A stretch of DNA of 61,541 nucleotides, the filler included, from Candidatus Babelota bacterium (GTDB lineage: Bacteria > JAGOBX01): the NCBI GenBank assembly GCA_017999075.1. It is 11 parts of 11 records of this genome, joined end to end, with 100 filler letters (N's around TTAATTAATTAA, not from the genome) between each part and the next. Parts side by side here need not be neighbours in the genome. Positions count along the whole stretch, not along the records: positions 1 to 12,917 come from JAGOBX010000050.1; positions 13,018 to 25,810 come from JAGOBX010000051.1; 9 more parts are not named here. One strand, 5' to 3'. Below are positions 10,281 through 20,329 of this stretch, in pieces. Both the position numbers and the translations under genes were made by a program. The notes under the pieces were generated by a model. The model searched no databases. It had not been told where the DNA came from and was given only the letters and a program-made list of their open reading frames with translations. Position 1 is the stretch's first letter. Each line of letters begins with the position of its first letter.

Positions 10281-10317
10281 GTTAAAATATATGAAAAGTC
10301 TGTTAAAATTCCGTTAA
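10281..10317 (-). promoter_or_regulatory. Putative OmpR-family (KdpE) operator: four direct repeats
   Basis: Minus strand TTAAC/TTAAC/TTCAT/TTAAC at 11, 11 and 10 bp spacing, just upstream of the -35. Confidence 0.45.
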
Positions 10318-10431
10318 TAAATCAAATTTAAAAAAATTTTATACATTTTGAGCATCATTTTCAGCATTATCAATAAAACCTCCAGCATAACAAAATATTT
10401 TCTGTTTGTTTTAGAAAAAACCCAGCAATGA

Positions 10432-10460
10432 TTGACAAAATCTATCCAATATATTATATA
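10432..10460 (+). promoter_or_regulatory. Sigma70-type promoter of lemA
   Basis: TTGACA-N17-TATATA. Confidence 0.4.
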
Positions 10461-10537
10461 TTTTTTTATAATTTTAATATATTATAAATAAGATCATATA
10501 AATTATATTTTTTAGATAAACAGAGGATTGATTTCTT

Positions 10538-11104
10538 TTGAGTTTTATCATTGCAGGAATAATAATCGTTGTTATTATATGGATAATATTTTTTTACAAC
10601 CGTATAATTAAACATTCTAATTTAATAGAAGAAGCGTGGAGCGATATTGATATTCAGTTGAAACGGAGGCATGATCTTGTCCCTAATCTGGTAACAACAG
10701 TTCAAGGATATGCGATGCATGAACAGGAAACATTAAAAAAAGTAGCTGAATTGAGGAATATATTAAACAATACAGAAAAACAAAAAATCGATTTACACAT
10801 GGAATCGGAATTGTCTCGCGGATTAAAATCAGTTTTTGCATTGTCAGAACAGTATCCTGAACTAAAAGCAGACAAAAATTTTCTTTATTTGCAGAAGAAT
10901 CTTATTGAAATTGAAGATGCGATTCAATATTCACGGCGTTATTATAACGGAACAGTAAGAGATTATTCGATAGTTTTAGAATCTTTTCCTAATAATATCA
11001 TTAACATACTTTTCAAATTTTCAAAAAAAGAATATTTTACAATCGAATACAGTACTATACGCAATAATCCGTCTGTGGATTTTGACAGGAATACAAAAAA
11101 ATGA
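10538..11104 (+). CDS. lemA: LemA family protein
   Basis: N-terminal TM; AWSDIDIQLKRRHDLVPNLV, YPELKAD and RRYYN motifs. Confidence 0.93.
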   Translation: MSFIIAGIIIVVIIWIIFFYNRIIKHSNLIEEAWSDIDIQLKRRHDLVPNLVTTVQGYAMHEQETLKKVAELRNILNNTEKQKIDLHMESELSRGLKSVFALSEQYPELKADKNFLYLQKNLIEIEDAIQYSRRYYNGTVRDYSIVLESFPNNIINILFKFSKKEYFTIEYSTIRNNPSVDFDRNTKK

Positions 11105-12917
11105 AGAAAATTATCACATTAACTTTTATTCATTTATATGTCTTGCTGTTTGCAGCGAATGCCGCAGAATATATTGAAAAATTCACATCATTTATCTCAA
11201 TCCATGAGGACGGTTCTATCACTGTCAAAGAAGAAATCACAGTTCAAGCAGAAAATATTAAAATTAAACGCGGAATATATCGCGATTTTCCCACTAAATA
11301 TCCGGTTTCTTTTGGACTTCCTTTTGCAATATATTATTATAATACTCCGTTTGAAATAATATCTATACTTAAAAATGATTTAAAAGAACCATATCATATA
11401 GTAAATCGTGATAATGGAATTCGAATTTATATTGGAGAAAATAATCATTTTTTAGAAAATAAAAAATATACTTATACAATCGAATACAAAACTTCAAGAC
11501 AGCTCGGACATTTTAAAAACCATGACGAATTATACTGGAATGTTACAGGTAACAATTGGGAATTTCCTATTTCATCGGCGGCTGCATATATAAAATTACC
11601 TAAAAAATTTGACGCAAAAATTTTAGAAATGAATTCTTATACAGGCAGACAAGGCTCTAAAGAGTCTGATTGTAAAAATTCTTTGACTGAAGATAATCTT
11701 GTTAATTTTGTTACAACCCGCGTATTAGAACCAGGAGAAGGCCTCACAATTTATTTATCATGGCCCAAAGGATTTGTAAAAATTCCATCGGGCAGTGAAA
11801 AAATCATTTATATTTTTAAAGATAATATGCTGCTCTTATCATCCCTTATATCAGGATTTATTATATTTATTTATTATTTAATTTGGTGGTTTAAAGTTGG
11901 AAAAGATCCTGCACGAGGCACGATTATCCCTGAATTTTCGCCGCCTGAAAATATGTCGCCGGCATCAGTCCGTTATATATATAAAATGGGGTATGACAAC
12001 AAAACATTTACTGCTTCAATAGTAAGTATGGCAATAAAAAAATATCTTATTATAAAAGAAGATAATAAAAATTTCACTCTTGTTAAGCAGAAGAATGCAG
12101 ATATAAATGCTTTATCTGAAGAAGAACAAAAAGCAGCCAAAGCATTATTTCGCGATAACGACGAAATTACGCTGACACATAAAAATAATGAATCTGTCAG
12201 TAAAACATTACGGTGTCATGAAACCATTCTAAAAAATAAATATTTAAATGTAATCTTTAATAATAATAAGACCCAGGCAATTATAGGATTGGTTTTATCC
12301 ATAATTTTACTTATTTCCTCTCTTATTGCAGGACAGCATTCATCCAGTATTTTTATTTTTGCCTGGGTATCAATATGGAGTATAGGAGTATCAGTATTGC
12401 TTATTGCATCAGGAAAAACATGGAAATCGTTAAAATCGAAATTTTCGATATCCAATCTTATTGCTTCTTTATTTATTACTGCATTCAGCATTCCTTTTAT
12501 TGGAGGAGAATTGTTCGGATTGAAAGAATTAGCAACAAACACAGGAGCAGGATTTATTATAATATTGCTTTTAATTATTGGAATAAATATACTTTTCTTC
12601 TATTTATTAAAAGCTCCGACTAAAACCGGCAGAAAAATTATGGATAAAATTGAAGGATTCCGTATGTTTCTTGAAACCAGTGATAGGGAAATATTAAACC
12701 GGTTTCCTGATTACAATGTTACATATGAAATATATGAGATGTTTTTGCCATATGCTATCGCTCTTGATTTAGAGCATAAATGGCAAAAAAAATTCGAAGC
12801 ATTATTATCTGGTATTACAAATACACACAACTCAAAAATATACTGGTATCATAATTTTGATAATACTTCTTCTTTTAACCAGTTAGGAAGTCATTTGAGC
12901 AGCGGAATAAGCAGAAG
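11101..12917 (+). CDS. DUF2207 family membrane protein, truncated at contig end
   Basis: IKRGIYRDFP, DELYWNVTGNNWEFPI, FLPYAIAL; typical lemA partner; breaks off before the usual Gly/Ser-rich tail. Confidence 0.85.
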
Positions 12918-13017
12918 NNNNNNNNNNNNNNNNNNNNNNNNNNNNNNNNNNNNNNNNNNNNTTAATTAATTAANNNNNNNNNNNNNNNNNNNNNNNNNNN
13001 NNNNNNNNNNNNNNNNN
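12918..13017. other. Artificial contig linker
   Basis: N44-TTAATTAATTAA-N44, with stops in all six frames. Confidence 0.98.
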
Positions 13018-13697
13018 GCAGCACCTAAATACATAAATATTATATAATCAGCAATTCTTTTGGCCTGCCTTAAAATATGAGTAACTATAACAAATGTATA
13101 TTTACTTTTCAATTCCATAAATCTGGATTCAATAAATTTACTTGATATAGGATCAAGCGCAGATGTAGGTTCATCTCCAAGAACTATTTCCGGTTCTACA
13201 GCAAGTCCTCGTGCAAGGCAAAGTCTCTGCTGCTGACCAACTGACAATTTAGTTGCAGGAGAATGGAGTTTATCTTTAACTTCATCCCACAAATTAGCTT
13301 CTTTCAAATGCGATTCTACAATTGAATCAAGCTCTTTTTTTGATTTTATACCATAAAGTCTTGGTCCAAAACATACATTGTCATAAATAGACATCGGCAA
13401 AGGGAACGGCCTCTGCGACAATAATCCCATTTTTTTACGAACTCTTGTTATTTCAATATTTTTTGATAAAATATCTTCATTATCAATAATTATATTGCCT
13501 GAATATTTTACATTTGTCTGAAGGTCAATCAGTCGGTTAAATGATTTCAATAATGTAGTTTTACCGCATCCTGACGGTCCTATAATAGCAGTGATTTTTT
13601 TTTCCGGAATAGTAAAATTTAAATTCTTCAGTATATGGTTTTTCCCGAAATATAAATTTAAATTTCTTACATCTATTTGAATATTCTGATTTTCCAT
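13018..13697 (-). CDS. pstB: Phosphate ABC transporter ATPase, 3' truncated
   Basis: GPSGCGKT, PFPLPMSIYDNV, LSVGQQQRLCLAR, DEPTSALDP. Confidence 0.93.
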
Positions 13698-13699
13698 AA

Positions 13700-14551
13700 T
13701 TATTTTATAATATTCCTTGTAAATTTTTTATTAAGAAAACGTATAGATAAACTTATAACTAAAATTATAACCGTCAATATAAAAGCAGAAGCATATGCGC
13801 GTTCCTGAACAATTGAACTTGGACTGTTCAACTGATAAAAAACCGCTAAAGGCAAAGTTGCAGCTGGTCTTAATAAAGAAAAAGAAACATTATCTGAGTA
13901 TCCTGAAGTAAACATTACAGCAGCAGCATCGCCAATACCTCGGCCGAAAGCTATTAAAACAGCGGTAATTATTCCAGGCATTATCTGTTTAAGCAAAACC
14001 TTAACTGCAGTTTCTATTTTAGTGGCGCCAAGTGAAAAAGCAGCTTCTTCAAGTTCATACGGAGCAGCTTTTAAAACTTCATCAATGGCCCGTGATATAA
14101 TAGGAATCTGTAAAAGTGTAACTGCTATTATTCCACCAAGCAGCGAAATTTTTAATCCTAAAAACAACATCAGCGTAAATCCGAAAATACCGTATACTAT
14201 AGAAGGAATACCCCACATAACATCTAATGCAAATCTTATAGCCACTGAAAATTTGGATTTATGTTTTAAATATACATTCAAATATATTACTATCGGAAGA
14301 CTGATTAATAATGCTGCAAACGTTGAAATGCTCGTTAAGTATAAAGACCCGAAAATAGCATTAAAAATTCCGCCTTCGCCTCCAAGATAAAATCCGCTTT
14401 TAGGCGATTCGGTTATCATTTCCAAAGTTACGGAATTAATCCCAAGCGCCAATATTTTCCAAATTATACAAAGAAGTATAAATACAATTATGCCTGTTGA
14501 AAAAATCATCAGCATTCTGAAAATCATTTCTTCAAGTTTTCTTTTAAACAT
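13700..14551 (-). CDS. pstA: Phosphate ABC transporter permease PstA
   Basis: GIPSIVYGIFG, EAAFSLGAT; position in the operon. Confidence 0.92.
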   Translation of the reverse strand: MFKRKLEEMIFRMLMIFSTGIIVFILLCIIWKILALGINSVTLEMITESPKSGFYLGGEGGIFNAIFGSLYLTSISTFAALLISLPIVIYLNVYLKHKSKFSVAIRFALDVMWGIPSIVYGIFGFTLMLFLGLKISLLGGIIAVTLLQIPIISRAIDEVLKAAPYELEEAAFSLGATKIETAVKVLLKQIMPGIITAVLIAFGRGIGDAAAVMFTSGYSDNVSFSLLRPAATLPLAVFYQLNSPSSIVQERAYASAFILTVIILVISLSIRFLNKKFTRNIIK

Positions 14552-15453
14552 TAAATTTTCCCCGTAACTTTAAGAATAAAAATTCTTGAAATAATGTTGA
14601 ATAAAATTACTATTAAAAGCAGTATTAAGGTTGCTGTCATAAGAGCAGAATCATAAAGCGGAATAGACATCATTTCACCAAAATTATTTGCAATTAATGC
14701 AGGCAGCGGATACCCCTGTTCAAAAACATTTTCAGGAATTTTCACAACATTTCCAACTACCATCAAAACAGCCATTGTCTCCCCAAATGCCCGCGATATA
14801 GCTAATATTATTCCTGCTGCGATTCCTTTGAACGCCTTTCGCAATACAACCAATTTTATCGTTTCCCAGTGTGTAGCGCCCAATGATAATGCCGCTTCCC
14901 TCAATTGAAATGGTACAGTTTTAAGCATTTCAACAGAAACCAATATTATAATCGGAGCGATCATAATTGCAAGAACTATTCCTCCTGTCAATATGCAGTA
15001 ACCTGCAGTCATTATTCCGAAAAACGGAGCAATAAAATCTTTTATTATTGGAACTATAACTATTATACCCCACAATCCATAAACTACCGAAGGTATTCCA
15101 GCCAGCACATCTATAAAAGGAACTATTATGTCATAAATACGTTTTGACGCGTATTCATTAAGATAAATTGCAGTAAGCAAACAAAATGGAGCTGCTATTA
15201 CTATTGATATAAAAGTAACATAAAAAGAACCCATTATAAATGGAAGAAACCCAAACATTTTTTTTGTCGGATGCCAGTCAGAACCAATTATAATTTTATT
15301 TAATCCGGTTTCTTCAATAATAGGCCATGATTTGGAAGTTAACTGTATTATTAAAAAAATAACCAGTAAAATCGGAAGCGCAGATATAACAAATGTGGAT
15401 TTCCCTGCAATTTTATCAAAAAATATTCTTTTTTTAATATTATTTTCCTGCAA
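14551..15453 (-). CDS. pstC: Phosphate ABC transporter permease PstC
   Basis: LAGIPSVVYGLWG, SRAFGETMAVLMVVGN. Confidence 0.93.
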   Translation of the reverse strand: MQENNIKKRIFFDKIAGKSTFVISALPILLVIFLIIQLTSKSWPIIEETGLNKIIIGSDWHPTKKMFGFLPFIMGSFYVTFISIVIAAPFCLLTAIYLNEYASKRIYDIIVPFIDVLAGIPSVVYGLWGIIVIVPIIKDFIAPFFGIMTAGYCILTGGIVLAIMIAPIIILVSVEMLKTVPFQLREAALSLGATHWETIKLVVLRKAFKGIAAGIILAISRAFGETMAVLMVVGNVVKIPENVFEQGYPLPALIANNFGEMMSIPLYDSALMTATLILLLIVILFNIISRIFILKVTGKI

Positions 15454-15483
15454 TTTTACTTTTTCCTTGAAATCATATTAAAG

Positions 15484-15529
15484 TAAAAAATGGAACCGCA
15501 TTAAAAAAATGCGGTTCAAATGCGGTTCC
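15484..15529 (-). terminator. Hairpin with U-tract between pstS and pstC
   Basis: GGAACCGCATT (15492-15502) is complementary to AATGCGGTTC (15508-15517) and to AATGCGGTTCC (15519-15529); T-tract follows on the minus strand. Confidence 0.65.
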
Positions 15530-15534
15530 GTTTT

Positions 15535-16518
15535 TTACTTTATTTTTGATAATTTGTCAATATCTTCTTTTAATAGTTCATCCTGTACTTTTATATATCC
15601 GGAAACTTCAACAAATTTCTGACCTTCTGTAAGTATCCATTTAAAAAACTCTGTTACTATAGCCTTTTTCGGAAGACCATTGCTTACAAGAAAAAGATTA
15701 CGGGCAGGTGGCGAAGGATACTTTCCGTCTAAAATAGCTTTAAGTAATGAATCTAAATTATCATAAAATTTTTCATCAGCATCTATTTTACGGTTGTTAT
15801 TCAAATCTAACGGCAAAATTTTTAATCCTTTAACAGGAGTTTTGGTAGATTGATCATATGCAAAATTAATATTATTGTACCCTATTCCAAAATTATCTTT
15901 CCTCACAGTTTCAGCAATACCGGGATCTCCATAAACTGCCGTTCCTTTTAAATCTTCCTGTTTCTTCCCGAGATATTTAGCCCAGGTTTCAGCAGCTCCG
16001 CAAGCATCTGAACGCGTATAAACATTTATAGCAGAATTAGCAGTTTTAAATTCAGGTATATCCGACCATTTTTTTATTTTCTCAGTTATCCATATATCCA
16101 CTAATTGTTCTCTTGTAATGCCTGCACCTAAAATTTTATCAATTATTGGATTATTTTCATTAACCGTAGGAATTACTGCATCTTTAACAACAGGAAATTG
16201 CATTGCACCTTTAGTTATTTCTTCTTCTTTCAAATCACGCGATACCATACCAATATCAGCCACACCGGTCAAAGCGTCAGTTATACCTTTTCCAGCTCCG
16301 CCTGCTGATAAATCAATTTGTAAATCAGGATGAATTTTTTTAAATTCTTCCACCCATTTTACCATCATAGGATATAATGCCCATGCTCCTGAAATTGTAA
16401 TAGTTTCTTTTTGGGCAGGAACTTCTGTACTCTGTTGAGAATTATTTTTACAACCTGCATTCAATAAAAACAAAATACTAATAACAATCATTAATCTCTT
16501 TAACATAAATTTCTCCAT
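15535..16518 (-). CDS. pstS: Phosphate-binding lipoprotein PstS
   Basis: Lipobox NAGC; ISGAWALYP, GGAGKG, IGMVSR, RSDACGAAETW. Confidence 0.9.
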   Translation of the reverse strand: MEKFMLKRLMIVISILFLLNAGCKNNSQQSTEVPAQKETITISGAWALYPMMVKWVEEFKKIHPDLQIDLSAGGAGKGITDALTGVADIGMVSRDLKEEEITKGAMQFPVVKDAVIPTVNENNPIIDKILGAGITREQLVDIWITEKIKKWSDIPEFKTANSAINVYTRSDACGAAETWAKYLGKKQEDLKGTAVYGDPGIAETVRKDNFGIGYNNINFAYDQSTKTPVKGLKILPLDLNNNRKIDADEKFYDNLDSLLKAILDGKYPSPPARNLFLVSNGLPKKAIVTEFFKWILTEGQKFVEVSGYIKVQDELLKEDIDKLSKIK

Positions 16519-16586
16519 AAAATAAAAAAAATCTACAAAAAATATAAAACTTTACAAATAAATAATAACAAAATAACAGTTTGATA

Positions 16587-16799
16587 TCAAATATATCCTA
16601 AAGTTTTCAATCTTTTTCTTATCATATCCACCTCTTTTTTAGTCATATTTGATTCTTCTCCTATTTTTCCTGATGCAGCTATATCCCTTAAAATATATAT
16701 TATAAAATCCGTTACTGAAGTAAATCCAGTACCTTCAATCTGTTTCTTAAGCGATTCATATAACGGCTTAGGAATCTTTATAGTAGCTTTTTCCTGCAT
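16587..16799 (-). CDS. Ribbon-helix-helix (CopG-like) protein with C-terminal LGY tail
   Basis: TIKIPKPLYESLKKQIEGTGFTSVTDFIIYILRD fits an RHH fold; GGAGG RBS; ends IRKRLKTLGYI. Confidence 0.8.
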   Translation of the reverse strand: MQEKATIKIPKPLYESLKKQIEGTGFTSVTDFIIYILRDIAASGKIGEESNMTKKEVDMIRKRLKTLGYI

Positions 16800-16837
16800 A
16801 CACCCTCCAATAACTTATATTTTTTGTAGTCAATTCA

Positions 16838-16866
16838 ATTATACTGTTTAGGCTACATTTTGTCAA
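16838..16866 (-). promoter_or_regulatory. Consensus sigma70 promoter upstream of the RHH gene and pst genes
   Basis: Perfect TTGACA-N17-TATAAT on the minus strand. Confidence 0.8.
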
Positions 16867-16905
16867 GTTTATTTTAATCAAATATTTATTTATCAAGAAG
16901 ATAAT

Positions 16906-18531
16906 TTATAAATATCCTAAATTTTCAAGTTTTCTTTTAATATCAGAGTATTCGATATTTTCATTAACTTTATTTTCTAATAATATTTGTTCGTTATCAA
17001 TGCTAGCCTTATTGTCTGATAAAAATTTTTCATTAAAAAATTCTTCAATAATATTTCCTTCAAAATATTTATAAAGCTTAAGATCAGCTGCATACAGCAT
17101 AGTCGGAGTAGAATCGACTATCGGATAATTTTTTTTACATTTATATCCTTTTTTAAATGGATATCCGCTGGCAACAAATATCCCGTCTTTTCTATGTCCG
17201 CCAACATTCGACTGAGTATTTTTTTCAACATACGAACTTGTATTTTTAAATTCAAATGCATGCAGATAATAATATTCCGGATTTTTAAGTTTACAGATCA
17301 AATCAGGAACATTAATCGGATAATCTTTTTTAGAACGGTCATTGATTTCCACTTTGTCAATTATATATTCTCCAGTTTCAAGATCTTTTATTTTAACAAT
17401 TTTATCTGATAGTTCATCAATCAATTTTTTATATTCAACATCAGATTTGACACATCCCTTAAAAAATAACTTATCTGAATGAATGTATATCTCTCCATAT
17501 ATGGTAGGGACAAATACCCTTGTTTTTTCAAAATCAATAACATCAAATGAATACCCGGCATAATAATTTTTTCTTATATAACTCACAAAAATTCTTTTTA
17601 CAAATTCAGGAAGTTTATTCCAAATATAATTAAAATTACTATAATTAATGTTGAGTTTGGCAGATATAAATTTCATTATTTTTTCAGGAAGAACGTTATT
17701 CTTAAAAACAAGGTATCCATTATCTGCAAGCCATTTATTTATATAAACATTTTTTTCTATTCTCATAGAGCCGTGATCAGATATCATATAATATAAATTT
17801 TCTTCAAGAGGATATTTATCTAAAACTTTTCCTATAACATCATCTACTGTAAAATAGCATTTTTTGATAATTTCATAATGTTCTTCTTTTGTTCCTGAAA
17901 AATAATGGTTATTATGATCCACTATAGAAAAAACTACAAACAACAAATCAAAATCATATTTTTCATCAACTTTCAAAAGAATTTCTATCTGCTGAAAAGT
18001 AAAATCTATCCAGTCCTGAAAATAGGAATTATAATCATTCTTAAATTTTATGCGCGGCGGCGGAGTTTTATATTCTCCTACCAATCCGGTAATTTCTTCA
18101 TAACTTTTCTCCGGACAAAACATTTTTTTTATATCATCAGGAGAATCGAACCCTGAAATAAGTATTCCATTTTCAATATTCGGAGGAAAAGTCAGCGGAA
18201 CATTTATCACACAGCACGTCTTTCCCTGTTTATTAAAAATATCCCAAATTCTTGAAAATTTAACGTCAGAACTATTTATCGGACGTAGTGAATAATCTTT
18301 GCCATTAAGAAACCACCAATTGCTTATAGTGTGTTTTGCGGAAGTTACTCCTGATAACATTGTGGTCCATGCAATCGGAGTCAAAGGAGGATATGTCGAT
18401 TCCAAAACTGTTGAAACACCGCTGGAAATGATTTTATTTATGTTATTAAGTTTTCCATCTTTAATCAAAGGATCAATATATTGAAAATCTCCTCCGTCTA
18501 TTCCAAGTATTATTGATTTACTCTTACTCAT
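16906..18531 (-). CDS. Alkaline phosphatase superfamily protein (type I phosphodiesterase/nucleotide pyrophosphatase-like)
   Basis: ILGIDGG, STYPPLTPIAWTTMLSG, DHNNH, ISDHG, GGHRKDGIF; ends LENLGYL. Confidence 0.88.
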   Translation of the reverse strand: MSKSKSIILGIDGGDFQYIDPLIKDGKLNNINKIISSGVSTVLESTYPPLTPIAWTTMLSGVTSAKHTISNWWFLNGKDYSLRPINSSDVKFSRIWDIFNKQGKTCCVINVPLTFPPNIENGILISGFDSPDDIKKMFCPEKSYEEITGLVGEYKTPPPRIKFKNDYNSYFQDWIDFTFQQIEILLKVDEKYDFDLLFVVFSIVDHNNHYFSGTKEEHYEIIKKCYFTVDDVIGKVLDKYPLEENLYYMISDHGSMRIEKNVYINKWLADNGYLVFKNNVLPEKIMKFISAKLNINYSNFNYIWNKLPEFVKRIFVSYIRKNYYAGYSFDVIDFEKTRVFVPTIYGEIYIHSDKLFFKGCVKSDVEYKKLIDELSDKIVKIKDLETGEYIIDKVEINDRSKKDYPINVPDLICKLKNPEYYYLHAFEFKNTSSYVEKNTQSNVGGHRKDGIFVASGYPFKKGYKCKKNYPIVDSTPTMLYAADLKLYKYFEGNIIEEFFNEKFLSDNKASIDNEQILLENKVNENIEYSDIKRKLENLGYL

Positions 18532-18693
18532 CTTAATCCTCCGGGCGCAATAAAATTACGTTTTACGTTTTACTATTAACAAAAAAAAATATTGATTTAT
18601 CAACCGAGGTTTGATTAAAATATTTAAATAATATTTTCTTATGAAACCTGTTCTATAAAGGATGTATTTTATTATTCTATGATTTTATATAAT

Positions 18694-18756
18694 AAAAACC
18701 TGCCGGCAAGCTGGCCATTATTAAAAATATCAGCAACAACTTGCAGGCAGATTTTT
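18694..18756 (-). terminator. Long hairpin terminator downstream of the aminotransferase
   Basis: AAAAACCTGCCGGCAAGCTG...CAACTTGCAGGCAGATTTTT imperfect inverted repeat flanked by A/T tracts. Confidence 0.6.
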
Positions 18757-18778
18757 AAAAATAAAGGTTTGGTCAAAT

Positions 18779-20089
18779 TTATTGAGAAATTGTATGATTT
18801 AATTCTTCAAGACATTCTTCAAATTTGTTAAAAAAGAAATCTGCATCTTTTTTAGTTATCCATATAGGCAATGCTATTTTAGTGCGATTCTTATATATTC
18901 CGCCGATATAGGTTATTAAATGTTTTTTTAACGAAATATTTTGAAATGCTTTAACTAATTGCGGAGCAGGTTTATATCCCTTCTTATCTATTACAAATTC
19001 AAAAGACTGGGCAAGCCCTATTCCTGAAGAAAAAGCTATAAAAGGAAATCTTTCAAAAGATTTAATTTTATCCGTAAAATAATTCCCTATTTTTAATGCA
19101 TTATCAAATAATTTTTTCCGCAAACACATATTTATAACATCTAATGCAATACTCGTTCCTAATGGACTGTTACCAAAAGTCGAACCTATTCCAGAACCGT
19201 CAATTTGTATAGAATTCATTATATTTGATTTGCATAAAACTGCTCCCAAAGGATAATATCCTCCGGCAAGACTTTTACTTAAAAGTATCATATCAGGATG
19301 TATATCAAAGTGTTCAAAACTATACATTTTTCCTGTTCTTCCAATACCCATCTGAACTTCATCAGCTATAAAAACAGCTCCGGATTTTCTTGTCAATTCT
19401 TCAACTCTTTTCAAAAACTTTGCTGGCGGAACAATAAATCCATTCGCACCCTGAATCGGTTCAATGAGAACACCGGCAACATTTTTATTTTTTTTCAATT
19501 GCTGTTCAAGTTCTATTGTGCATTCAAGATTGCATGAATCGCATTTATGTTTGCATCGAAAACAATTTGCATACTCAACTTCTATTGGTTTGCCTGGAAG
19601 CGGCAGATACTTATCTCTTTTATGATATTCTTTACCATTAAGCATTAACGCAGTTAATGTTAAACCATGAAATCCGCCTTTAAAAGTTATAATATCTTTT
19701 TTACCTGTAAATCCTCTTGAATATTTGACCGCTGTTTCTATTGAAGCAGCTCCGCCTATAGGGAAATAAACCTGCATATCCGGTTTTCCAGGAACAAGAT
19801 CAACCAAAAGCTTGCTTAATTCAATTTTTGCCGGACAATTAAACGAATGAAAATGATCTAATCTGGCTGTATGTTTTTGTACTGATTTTAAAATTTCAGG
19901 ATAACAATGACCGAAGTTATTGGCGCTATATCCGAATATAGTATCATAATAAGGTTTCTTATCTCCTCTATCCCACAACAAAAAACCTTCTGCTTTTTCA
20001 ATCACCATAAACGAATCATACATTATTGTCTCATCGTGTTTACAGCAATATTTTTCATACATTTTTTTTAAATCTTTTTTAGATAACAT
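18779..20089 (-). CDS. Class III (ornithine/GABA-type) PLP aminotransferase
   Basis: GFHGLT, EPIQGANG, IADEVQMGIGRTG, SKSLAGG, STFGNSP. Confidence 0.92.
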   Translation of the reverse strand: MLSKKDLKKMYEKYCCKHDETIMYDSFMVIEKAEGFLLWDRGDKKPYYDTIFGYSANNFGHCYPEILKSVQKHTARLDHFHSFNCPAKIELSKLLVDLVPGKPDMQVYFPIGGAASIETAVKYSRGFTGKKDIITFKGGFHGLTLTALMLNGKEYHKRDKYLPLPGKPIEVEYANCFRCKHKCDSCNLECTIELEQQLKKNKNVAGVLIEPIQGANGFIVPPAKFLKRVEELTRKSGAVFIADEVQMGIGRTGKMYSFEHFDIHPDMILLSKSLAGGYYPLGAVLCKSNIMNSIQIDGSGIGSTFGNSPLGTSIALDVINMCLRKKLFDNALKIGNYFTDKIKSFERFPFIAFSSGIGLAQSFEFVIDKKGYKPAPQLVKAFQNISLKKHLITYIGGIYKNRTKIALPIWITKKDADFFFNKFEECLEELNHTISQ

Positions 20090-20243
20090 ATTTCGCCTTC
20101 CTTATTCCGGTTTAAAATATTATTTAAAAACCGAATTATATTAAACCTTAAAGTCCGAATAATGGCATAACTTATTATATAAAACCACATAAAACAAAAT
20201 ATGATTTTTACAATATTTCAAATTAACGCATTATTCTCAATAA

Positions 20244-20271
20244 ATTTTACTTTAATTAGAAGTTATGTCAA
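20244..20271 (-). promoter_or_regulatory. Sigma70-type promoter of the aminotransferase
   Basis: Minus strand TTGACA-N16-TAAAAT. Confidence 0.5.
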
Positions 20272-20329
20272 TTTTTTTTTGAAGTTAGTGATATGAAATA
20301 AAACCTTATTATTATAAATTCGCATATTT

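Noticed and set aside
10213-10537. c-di-AMP (ydaO) riboswitch upstream of ktrB
   Set aside because: No conserved ydaO elements seen, and the predicted leader is only about 25 nt.
16519-16586. PHO box upstream of pstS
   Set aside because: TGTTA/TGTA-like words are present but not at regular 11-bp spacing, in very AT-rich DNA.
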